Below are positions 27,240 to 37,770 of a stretch of DNA of 64,000 bases, piece by piece. The notes below the pieces were generated by a model. That model saw only the letters and a list, made by a program, of their open reading frames with translations. It did no database searches and was not told the DNA's origin. The first letter of the stretch is position 1, and each line of letters starts with the position of its first letter. The position numbers and the translations under genes were made by a program. Source of the DNA: the human T2T-CHM13v2.0 reference genome, Homo sapiens; NCBI RefSeq assembly GCF_009914755.1, contig NC_060938.1; one strand, given 5' to 3'.

Positions 27240-27650
27240 AATTGATATCTTTTTGGAAAGCACTTTGTTAGCATGACTCAAGAGTATTAAAATGTTTATA
27301 CCCTTTGGCCCAATAATTCTCCTTTAAAACTTTCCCCCTATTTTTATTGAAAAATGATCAATATAAACCATTTTCCTTTTAAGTTTGCTTTTCTCTATTT
27401 TTATTGAAAATGATGCAATAATTTGAATTCTGAGACCCTGTCTTAAGAAATATTTTAAGAAAGAATAATCTTGATACATAAAGATGTTCAGCAAGGTATT
27501 ATTTAGGGTATTGAACACATAATCAACCTAGATGTACAGTTATAGTATGTTAATTAAAAATGACTGTGTACTGATTACAGAGTTAATTAACATTAATGAA
27601 CATTTTGTTAAGAATCAAGATGGTTATACAAATGCATATGCAATATAATT
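27240..27650 (+). mobile_element. Old L1ME-like fragment
   Basis: TTTTTGGAAAGCACTTTG...AAAATGTTTATACCCTTTGGCCCAATAATT...AAGATGTTCAGC resembles the L1M ORF2 end; highly diverged. Confidence 0.5.
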
Positions 27651-29103
27651 AAAATTGGGCAAAATTTATGCACACCATATAGCTAGGATAGTTTGCTGTT
27701 CCCTTGAAGTCAACCCTGGCATAGGGTCCTCTTCAGAAATAACAACAAAAAACCTGAGAAAAATCTCAAAAAGAATGAATGTAAATCACTTTTTTTGTGT
27801 ATGTGTTCTCTTGGAAAACATTAAAGGGGATTTTTTTCATAACACACATCTAATCTACTTAAAGTTTCTCTTCTGGTTCCCATTGGCCCAATGTCTTAGT
27901 CATTGGAGAATGAAAGCCGCCCAATTACTTCCTTTCTTTCCCCAGGACTCATCCTTAATTTCTACTGGAATGGCTCTGGTCTTTCTCACTCTTTCCCCCT
28001 CCTCGTTTACATCCTCCTCCTTTGATCTTCCTAGAGAATAAGTTTTGCTGTTTCCAGCGTAAATCACTCAACTCTTTCTACTCCTTCATAATCTCAACTG
28101 CCTAATTCTGCATGACAAAAGTCGAGAAACAGAGTGAGCAAAGAGAAAAAAAACCTCCGTGGGCTGGTCACAGGCATTGAGAGACTGTGAATACTAAATA
28201 TACTATTTTTTTTTCCTGTCCCATATGTTTTCAGAAAAGTCTGGATAACATATGCCAGAATGTTTTAATTGAGATTATGGGCAGTTTCAATCTTCTTTTG
28301 ACTTGTCTTTGTTTTCTAAAATGTTTATATTTAATATGTACTTTTTCAGCCATTAAAGGAAAAGACTTTAAAAAGAATCTTACTTCCAAACTACTAAGCA
28401 GAATAAAGAAGGGTAAAACAAATAAATAAAATTAGTAGGTATGAGATAGTTAAATTACTAAGAATAAGTCTAGAGAAGAAATGTGGGATGGATACAGAAA
28501 AATAAACTACATACAAGAAATCATTTTTTCCAAATGATAATTATTTAACATTATTATGTAAATGTTATTTTAATAGAATTCTCAGGCTCATTTATTTCCA
28601 CATATTTAGGCCAGAATGTTCCCACATTATTCCAGATAGATGTGAAATTCCTGTTTTAGAAGATCCCCACCAGGAAGTTAGTCTCCTAGGATTATGTCTA
28701 ATACTTTACCAGGAATAAGAATGTATATCCAGAGTAAATTTTCTGGATTTAATGGAGATGAGAGGCAGCTGTATAATGATTATCCTTCATACGTTTGAGT
28801 AACACTGTTCACTTTTTTTTTTCATTCTGAAGGTTAAATTGCTACAGCTCTTTTAAAATCTTTCCTCTAAGGATCTCTATGTCCTCCCTTGGTACCTTCA
28901 CATCTGCCTCTGGATTCTCCCAACATTTTCACTGGATCTGTGTCAGCGGAAGCTGAGTCTTTTCCTTGTTCCTGATTGCTACTCCCAACATTATTTAATG
29001 ATACAAAAGTATGGTGGTTCTTCTCTCCCACAAATGCACTGTAATGGTGTTAGAAAAATAATAGTAGCAATGATGATAACATGTGATCTTAATACCAGTG
29101 TCG

Positions 29104-29218
29104 TGTCTTGATAAACATCTTAAACAACAGAAAACAGGGTCTGTCTTTTTTTCTCAGCCGGCCAACACTTGTGGAAAATAGACCTACATTGAAATATTGG
29201 GGGTGGGTTCCCCGGATA
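29104..29218 (+). mobile_element. MER11 (HERVK11) LTR remnant: 3' terminus plus a short inverted internal piece
   Basis: 29141-29218 TTTCTCAGCCGGCCAACACTTGTGGAAAATA...GAAATATTGGGGGTGGGTTCCCCGGATA matches the recalled MER11 3' end; 29104-29140 is the reverse complement of recalled MER11 ACCCTGTTTTCTGTTGTTTAAGATGTTTATCAAGACA. Confidence 0.75.
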
Positions 29219-29294
29219 GGTTGCCACTGAGGAAAAAGATTTTATTAATAAGTATGGCCAAAATCATCATCGTGCTTCCATGCACATAGATCTT

Positions 29295-29325
29295 GTGTAT
29301 GTGTGTGTGTGTGTGTGTGTATGTG
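29295..29325. repeat. (TG)n microsatellite
   Basis: Read directly from the sequence. Confidence 0.9.
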
Positions 29326-29639
29326 TATACATGCCCACAGGAAGTCCAGAGAAAAATGAAAAAAAAACCTTTGCTCTTCTAGAAATGTAATGAGATGAAG
29401 CATGCTCTTCCTCAATGCCTATGGCTGTTTCAGGATTAATCCCTCTGCCCCACATTCCACCTTCTCTGAATATTTAGCATTGCCTCCCTGGAATTCAGGA
29501 CTTCCTGTCGTGGCTCCTTGATGAAGTCTTCCGTCCCATACATAGTCTTATATTGTGAATTTCTGCTTTTCTTCCCCATCTTCATCATTTCTCTATTCTG
29601 TATTCTGTTCTCTCAGAATCACCCATGGCACCTCACTGA

Positions 29640-29796
29640 CATCAGATTTAGCAAATAAAAATTCAGGATGCCAGTTAAACTTGAATTTCAGGTAAATGGA
29701 AAGTTATTTTTCAGTTTAAGCATGTCCCAGGCAATATTTGAGACATATCTATATAAAGTAGTCTTTATTGTTTATATGAAATTCAAATTTAACTGG
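29640..29796. mobile_element. MER53 (hAT MITE), left part
   Basis: CAGATTTAGCAAATAAAAATTCAGGATGCCAGTTAAACTTGAATTTCAG...TGAAATTCAAATTTAACTGG, with an internal inverted-repeat structure. Confidence 0.85.
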
Positions 29797-31016
29797 CTGT
29801 TGATAGAGATGAAAGTAAAGGAGATTCTTGTGATTTAGTGAAGAAAGCTCAGCTGAATTGTGTTCTATTGTTATATGGAAAGAAGAGCTCATAGTTATGA
29901 ACTTGTGGATGTTTAGGTGATGGAATATCAGCAAAGTGTTGAAGGTTTAGCTTGGTTTCTTCTTGCTTTCTTATAGTGAAACGTGACAGAAAAGAGACAG
30001 ATTGGGGAAAGTTCTCTAAGCAGAAAAAGAACTAGGACTTAGGTACTTGGGAAATTCTCAGCCTATCCAGATGGAAAAAAATGCTACAATTAGGAGATTT
30101 GCGGTCAGTAAGTTGTGCCCTGGAGAGAAAGCCAAGGGTATGGCTGGACAACTTTTCACTAGCTCCTTGTAAAGATCAAAGGTCCAAGAATTTAATCACA
30201 TTATGTCTTATATTTCATGGATCCCCTAAACCATTTCAGGAGAAGTTAAAAATAGAGATGAGATTATCCAGGAAGGATCTTTGAAGGAGCATCTTGTTTA
30301 ATGGAGTAAGTCCTTGGAACAGACATGGAAAACCCACACCATTCTTGAGGATGTTATACCATCAGAAACACTGCCGGTTTGGGCTAAAACTGATAGAGAG
30401 GAAGAAATGAAAGAAGGCTGTCAGGCTCCAAAAATTCTACCTGCAGGAAACAGGCTTATAAATTACTCACTTGTAAAGATGTTCTGCCTTTTGTGAAAAA
30501 GGAAGGATGACCCAGATGACAAAACTGTTGGCCAAAAGGGCTGTTTTATGTCCAGAGAATGGAGCTGTGGACCAGGAGGGCAGAAGTGTAAGACTCAGAG
30601 GATTATTCCTAGACTTCTAAACCTAATAAATTTTTTTCCAGTTTGATCTCAATATTGCTTAGGATGAGTGATTCGTTTCTTCCTTCTATCCCCACTCCAT
30701 CTCCCCCTTTAAATTGAAATTACTATAACTATTTTCCTATGTCTGTCCCATCATTGTATTTTGGGATCACATTACTTGTTTTCTAGTTTTACAGGTCAAA
30801 AATGGAGATATTTTTTGCCCCAATTGATCACACCAAGAGTTTCACCCATATATTATTTAAGTAATGAGATTTGGAACTTCTTGGTCAGTGAATTTAGATG
30901 AGATTTTTGAACTGGATTGATACTGTAGTGGCCTGAGATTTGTGGGAATGTTGGGATTGGGGGAATGTATTTTGCATGTAGAATGGAAGTGAATCTTTAG
31001 GGACCAGAGAATAAAC
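29797..31016 (+). mobile_element. MLT1-int (MaLR internal region), 5' LTR missing
   Basis: CAGCAAAGTGTTGAAGG...GCTTGGTTTCTTCTTGCT, and at the end GAATGTATTTTGCATGT...GGGACCAGAGAATAAAC directly before the LTR. Confidence 0.8.
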
Positions 31017-31475
31017 TGTAGTAAGCTGAACAATGGCTCTTAAAGTAGTCCATGTCTCAGACACCAGAATATGAATATTTTGCCTTACATAGCAGAAGGG
31101 ACCTGGCAGATGTATCTAAATTAAGTATCTTGAAATGAGATTATTTTAGACTATCCACCTGGACTCATATAATCATAAGGGTCCTCATAACAAAGAAGAT
31201 GAAAGGATGGAAGCAGAGGTCAGAGAGAGAAGAGAAGACACCATGCTGCTGGCTTTAAAGATGGAGGAAGGACCCAGGAGTCAAGGACTATGAGATGGCT
31301 TCTGGCAGCTAGAAATGACAAGGAAACATTCTGCCCTAGACTTTCCAGAAAGCATACAGCCCTTAAGTTCCATTTTGGACTTCTAACCTTCAGAACTATA
31401 AGATAATAAATTTGTGTTGTTTTAAGCCACTAAATTTGTAGTAATTTGTTACAACAGCAATAGGAAACTACTATG
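31017..31475 (+). mobile_element. MLT1D-like 3' LTR
   Basis: TGTAGTAAGCTGAACAATGG...AGATAATAAATTTGTGTTGTTTTAAGCCACTAAATTTGTAGTAATTTGTTACAACAGCAATAGGAAACTA. Confidence 0.88.
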
Positions 31476-31508
31476 CCTGGTGTCCTATATTATACCTGGT
31501 AACAGCTA
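31476..31508. mobile_element. MER53, right end
   Basis: CTGGTGTCCTATATTATACCTGGTAAC matches the recalled MER53 terminus CTGGGCGTCCTGTATTTTATCTGGCAACC. Confidence 0.7.
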
Positions 31509-31539
31509 ATTTCATTAGATATGTATTATGGACCAGAAG

Positions 31540-31660
31540 CCTTATATACATTAGCATACTTAATTATTTCAACAATCTTGTGAAGTAGTGACCATTTTAC
31601 AGATAAGAAAAATGAAACTCTTTGCTGACAGTAGCAAAATTTAATTTGAACTCAGGTCCG
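31540..31660 (-). mobile_element. MIR fragment
   Basis: CAACAATCTTGTGAAGTAG...CCATTTTACAGATAAGAAAAATGA...TTTGAACTCAGGTC. Confidence 0.7.
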
Positions 31661-31750
31661 AGGGACTAGAACTAACTTCCTTTTTTCCTTCCTCCCTTTC
31701 TCTCTTGCTCTTTCCCTCCTTCTTTTGTCATCATCATTATTTATGATGAC

Positions 31751-34051
31751 TGATATGGTTTCACTGTGTCCCCACCCAAATCTCACCTTGAATTCCTAAA
31801 TGTTGTGGGAGGGACCTGATGGAAGGTAATTGAATCATGGGGGCAGTTATTTCCCATACCGTTCTTGTGGTAGTGAATACATTTCATGAGATCTGATGGT
31901 TCTATAAGGGGGAGTTTCCCTGTACAAGCTCTCTCTTTGCCTGCTGCCATCCACGTAAGATGTGTCTTGCTTCTTCTTGCCTTCTGCCATGATTGTGAGG
32001 CTTCCCCAGCCATGTGGAACTGTGAGTTCTCCATTAGTCCTCTTTTCTTTGTAAATCACCCAGTCTCAGGTATGTCTTTATCAGCAGCACGAAAATGGAC
32101 TAATACAGTAAATTGGTACCAGTAGAGTGTGGCGTTATTGAAAAGGTATCAGAAAATGTGAAAGCGACTTTGGAACTGGGTAATAGCAGGGGTTGGAACA
32201 GTTTGGAGGGCTCAGAAGAAAACAGGAAAATGTAGGGAAGTTTGGAACTTCCTAGAGACTTGTTGAATGGCCTTGCCCAAAATGCAGGTAGTAACATGGA
32301 CAATGAAGTCCAGGCTGAGGTGGTCTCAGATGGAAATGAGGAACTTGTTAGGAACTGGAGCAAAGGTGAATCCTGTTATGTTTTAGCAAAGAGACTGGCA
32401 GCATTTTGCCTCTGCCCTAGAGATTTGTTGAACTTTGAACTTGAGAGAGATGATTTAGGGTATCTGGCAGAAGAAATTTCTAAGCAGCAAAGGATTCAAG
32501 AGGTGACTTGGGTGCTGTTAAAGGCATTTAGTTTTATAAAAGAAGCAGAGCATGAAAGTTTGGAAAATTTGCAACCTGATAATGTGATAGAAAAAAAAAA
32601 TCCCATTTTCTGGGAGAAATTCAAGCCAGCTGCAGAAATTTGCGTTAAGTAACGAGCTTGAATGTTAATCCCCAAGACAATTGGGAAAATGTCTCCGGGG
32701 CATGTCAGAGGTCTTCATGCCAACCCCTCCATCGCAGGCCCAGAGGTTTAGTAGGGAAAAATGGATTTGTGGGCTGGGCCCAGGGTCCCTCTGCTGTATG
32801 CAGTCTAGGGACTTGGTGCCCTGAGTCCCAGCCACTCCAGCCATGACTAAAAGGGGTCAGGGTACAGCTCAGGCTGTTGCTTCAGAGGGTGCAAAGCCTG
32901 AAGCCTTGGCATCTTCCACGTGGTGTTGAACCTCTGGGTGCACAGAAATCAAGAATTGAGGTTTGGGAACTTCCACCTAGATTTCAGAAGATGTATGGAA
33001 AGGCCTGGAGGCCCAAGCAGAAGTTTACTGCAGGGGCAGGGCCCACATGGAGAACCTCTGCTAGTGCAGTATGGAAGGGAAATGTGGGGTCAAAGCCCCC
33101 ACACAGAGTCCCTACTGGGGCACCACCTAGTGGAGTTGTGAGAAGAAGGCCACCGTCCTCCAGATCCCAGAATGGTAGATCCACTGACAGCTTGCACTGT
33201 GCACCTGGAAAAGCCAGGGACACTCAACAACAGCCCATGAAAGCAGCCAGGAGTAGGACTATACCCTGCAAAGCCACAGGGGAGGAGCTGCCCAAGGCTG
33301 TAGGAACCCACCTCTTGCATCAGTATGACCTGGATGTGAGACATGGAGTCAAAGACATCATTTTGGAGCTTTAAGATTGACTGCCCCACTGGATTTCAAA
33401 CTTGCATGGGGCCTGTTACCCCTTTGTTTTGGCCAATTTCTCCTATGTGGAATGGCTGTATTTACCCAATGCCTGTACCCTCATTGTAGGTAGGAAGTAA
33501 CTAACTTGCCTTTAATTTTACAGGCTCATAGGAAGAAGGGACTTGCCTTGTCTCAGATGAGACATTGGACTGTGGACTTTTGAGTTAATGCTGAAAAGAG
33601 TTAAGACTGTGGGAGACTGTTGTGAAGGCATGATTGATTTTGAAATGTCAGGACATGAGATTTGGGAGGAGCCAGGGGTGGAATAATATGGTTTGGCTAT
33701 GTCTCCACCATAATCTCCTCTTGTAGCTCCCATAATTCCCATGTGTTGTAGGAGGGACCCAGTGGGAGGTAATTGAATCGTGGGGACAGGTCTTTCCCGT
33801 GCTGTTCTTGTGATAGTGAATGGATATCATGAGATCTGATAGTTCTCTAAGGGGGAGTTTCCCTGTACAAGCTCTCTCTTTAGCCTGCCAGCATCCATGT
33901 AAGATGTGACTTGCTCCTCCTTGCCTTCCACCATGATTGTGAAGCTTCCCCAGCCACGTGGAACTGTGAGTTCTCCATTAAACTTATTTCCTTTGTAAAT
34001 TGCCCAGTCTCAGGTATGCCTTTATCAGCAGCATGAAAAAGGACTAATATG
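31751..34051 (+). mobile_element. Complete THE1 MaLR provirus: LTR 31751-32107, internal region, LTR 33684-34051
   Basis: Exact 5-bp TSD ATGAC (31746-31750 / 34052-34056); THE1-int ORF remnants 32242-32652 and 32877-33374 are homologous to those of the 17873 element. Confidence 0.96.
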
Positions 34052-35704
34052 ATGACGATATTATCTATGAAGGATCTACTTCTGGGGCAAAGTATGTTCT
34101 TGATCCAGTGAGTTCAGTGTTTCCTCTATGTATAGAGATACCTCTGCTTATGGAATATCTTACAGATTCTAATTTAAAGGATATTCAGATATAAACTAAT
34201 AATCTTCTGAATAAGGTTTCCACTGCGTTCAAAATGAGTATTAAAAATACTATACTTCATAGATCAACCACACGTTCTTCAATGCCAAAATGTTCTGGTC
34301 TGCTCTGCAAGCAAAGAAAAGGATCCAAGTGTTATAAATTTCAACAAATGAGTCAAAACAATTAGTTTCTTTAGATGGTTAAATAACATAATAAGCCAAA
34401 AATGTTCCACAATCAGGCTTGTAGAGAAGCAAATTCTCTGTTTTTATTAGCAGCTTACTTGCAGATTTTTACTTCAGCTAATGAACATCTAATAGCTCAA
34501 GGGAAAACAAACCAAATGCTGCAAACTCAGACCACTGCTCACCAAGGAGCCAGTGTTTAAATGGGGTTGGCCAGCTGTACATATTGCTTCTCATTTTCAA
34601 CGTGAAGTAATTCCACTACCATCTCCGTATGCCCCAACCTCCGACTAAAATCCTGTAAGTGCTGTATTGGAAGAAAATCCCACAGAGGGCTTCCTGCAGA
34701 CTGGAGATATTATCCGCTCATGTATCTGCCAGTTGACCAGCAAAAAAACATCTGGCAGGGCAGCTGGAGGGATGTCACATGCAAGCTAGTAGGGGGCCAG
34801 AAACAGCTTACTGGGCACTAAGGGGAAGGGCCATGGCAACTGGCAAATTGCATACTATACATTTTACCAGAGCAAATTTGTTGTGAATGATTTGTCACTT
34901 TTCAAAGGCAAGCAGGTTTTCCCTTCTTCCTGGTTCCTTTTGCTGTATCAGTTAATTATGAAAAGCACTGAGTACAGTGCTTGGGAATTAAGTGCTCAAC
35001 AAATACTAGTTATTCTTACTTTCTGCTGTGTTATTATTACAACAGAACTCTTCCCTCATGGTCACTGAATGTCCCAGAATTCAGCTGCTTGGTTGAATTG
35101 TGAGCTTTAGTGGGAGGTCATGAAACCAGGTAGTTAATGTTTCAGTGAGTGTTTATACTGTTTGTGTTATTTAGGCAGCACATTTTTGTTCGGAATAGTC
35201 AAAACTATCTTTGCGGTGGCATCCCAATGAAGGAGGAAGGAGGAATTTGTATCTGGTAGGTGTACTTACTTTGAAAAGTTGACCACCAGATCACAGACCA
35301 CCAGGACAGTCCCTGTTATGTCAAGGATAAGTCTTTTCTGCTTCTCTCTGAGAACTATTATTAGTAGAATTGGAAAGGGTTAACTTTTTCATCTAAAACA
35401 AGTGATTAAAAGAACCACTGCAGACCTGGAGATGTGGGGATAATTATAAAGTTAATGTTTTCTTTCCTATTGAAAACATCTGGATAAATGATAGCTATGG
35501 GATTTCTCTTCACCCTGCACCTTCCACAGATTCAGTGCCTTTATGTGAGTGAGACTGCATTATTTGTAACAGGCAAGTAAAGCAGGACTGTTCTTTTCTC
35601 TTTTTGGAAAATGGTTTTGAATTCAATGTTCTGGAACATACTAGGAACATGTCAGGTCCCTATTAAGAATATGTACAAAGACAAAATGGGGTAGATGTAA
35701 TCAA

Positions 35705-35770
35705 CAGCCATGGTTCCAAACTTAGGGGTGCATGAGAATTATGCAGGGGGAAGATGACGGGGAGGATGAT

Positions 35771-35811
<41 letters not shown>

Positions 35812-35920
35812 AACGGGGTGGGGGATGCTTAAAATGCAGATTTCTGGGCTCCACTCTAGAAAATCTGATTTTATAGGTTTGGGAAGGGACACTAGGAATT
35901 TGCACTTGAACATGCAGACC
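35705..35920. mobile_element. MER5-like hAT-Charlie MITE carrying a (TG)n tract (~35773-35809)
   Basis: CATGGTTCCAAACTT...TGCATGAGAAT...TAAAATGCAGATTTCTGGGCTCCAC...AGGAATTTGCACTT. Confidence 0.7.
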
Positions 35921-36139
35921 CGTAAGGAGACAAGGAGCCTGTGGGCCAAGAGGCTGAACACTTAGGGAAATGGCTTGGGTTTCATGGAAAGATTTGACAC
36001 TAGGAAATAAAATACTATATAGAACTCTGAAGAGGTCGAGGACCTGGAGAGATAGCATGTAATAAATATTATGTTGATACTAGAGCCCTTTCACCCTTGT
36101 TGTAAAGTGGAGTGCTTATGAGACAGTACAGCTCAGTGC

Positions 36140-36260
36140 GCTTCATGGGCTCTGGGTTCAATTCCCAGGCCGCGCCATTTATAAGCTGGGTAACTTTGGG
36201 TTCAGTGCCTCAGTTTCCTAAGCTGTAAAGTGAGGATAATCATAGCATCTACTTTATAAT
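36140..36260 (+). mobile_element. MIR fragment
   Basis: CTGGGTTCAATTCC...GTGCCTCAGTTTCCTAAGCTGTAAAGTGAGGATAAT. Confidence 0.75.
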
Positions 36261-36909
36261 GTGACGATGTTGATAATACTAGCTAGCAATGATAGGGATG
36301 ACATGTGAGGTCTTTTACATAGATGGACTCATTTAATACTTACAAAATCCTAACAGGATGTGCAGTTGTTTCTAATTGGAAAAATGAGGTTAATAGTTGA
36401 CTTCAAGTCACATGATTAGAGAATGGCAAGGCTGGGTATCAGATCTGGGTGGGCTGGCTGCAGTGCCCACCTTCATTACCTCCCTTGCTATCCTGCAATA
36501 AAACATGAGCTCCCCTTCCTCCTCCTATCATATAGCTCCAGATGAGCCAGCATTAGTTCCTGTTGAGTAAAATGTCATTTTATTAGCTGAGAAAAGTGAA
36601 TTCTGCATGCATACCCAGGCCTGGGCTATAATGCAGGAGAGAGAAAGCAGTGTTATGATTCCCAAGCAGTAGCTTCAGCCTGGCTCTGTACCTAAGTGCT
36701 CCAGGGTCAGCTGTCCGAGAGAAAGTGTGGTTGGCTGTGGCTCAGCTTAAGCTTTTTTCACTGGTGGTCTTAGCTTTTCTAAAGTAAAAGGGGCTGAGTC
36801 ACCTTTGTACCCACACCTCCCCCAGCAGCAGCAGTATGGCAAAGTTCTTGCCAGAGACAAGCACGGTCTTCTTTTGAGGCCCTGGAGCTCAGCGGGATGA
36901 AGCTGAATA

Positions 36910-37285
36910 CACTCTATTCCTTTGCTGGTGCTGCCATAAGAAAGTACCATGGACAGGGTGGCATAAACAATAGAAATAGATTTTCTCACAGTTTTGGGTC
37001 TTACCCCTGCAAGATCAAGGTGCTGGCAGCATTGGTTTCTTCTGAGGCCTCTCTCCTTAGCTTGCAAATGGCCATCTTCTCTCTGTGACTTCATGTGGGC
37101 TTTCCTTTGTGTGTACTTGTATCCTGATCTCCTCTTCTTAGAAGGACACCAGTCACACTGGATTAGGGCCAACCCTCAATTACCTTTTGTAAAGGCCCTG
37201 TCTCCAAATATAGTCACATTGTTAGGCACTGGGGGTTAAGACTTCAACATATGAATTTTGGGAGGACGTAATTCAGCTCAAAACA
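36910..37285 (-). mobile_element. MLT1A-like solo LTR
   Basis: GCTGCCATAAGAAAGTACC...AAGGACACCAGTCACACTGGATTAGGGCC...GACTTCAACATATGAATTTTGGG. Confidence 0.88.
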
Positions 37286-37715
37286 GGACTTAATAACTGT
37301 AGTAGGTACTAATTATTGAATGTACCTGGTCTGCACTCAACACTTTTTAGATATTGTCACATTTAATCCTCAGAGTAAACTTCCACTTATTTTTAGGGGC
37401 AGCTCTCCTGCTGGGCCCACCACCATGGGGACATCCCCTTTACTGTATGTCCCTCTCTTCACTTGTGCAGAGATTGGCCACTGGATGCATGGTGATAAGG
37501 TGTCATAAAGCTGCCCTTGCATTGCCCAACTGTGTGTGTCTGGTCTCTGACAAGGCTGTGGCTTCAGGACTCCTGGCACTCTTTCTTGTTTTGCCCCATG
37601 TCTGAGCAGTGCTTGTGCCTTGCTAGGCAGGAGCAGCTCTTCCTTAAGTGCTCGCTTGAAGGAATGGAACTCAGTTTGCTGAGCCCAGTGAGCTCTCTCT
37701 TGGACTCACATGCAT

Positions 37716-37770
37716 ATTCTCTCTCTCACTCTCTCTCTCTTTCTCTTTCTTTGTGTGTGTGTGTGTATGT
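37716..37770. repeat. (CT)n(GT)n microsatellite
   Basis: Read directly from the sequence. Confidence 0.9.

Noticed and set aside
27331-27420. ~30-bp imperfect direct repeat (CTATTTTTATTGAAAA.TGAT)
   Set aside because: Short, AT-rich and inside a decayed L1; an ordinary slippage product.
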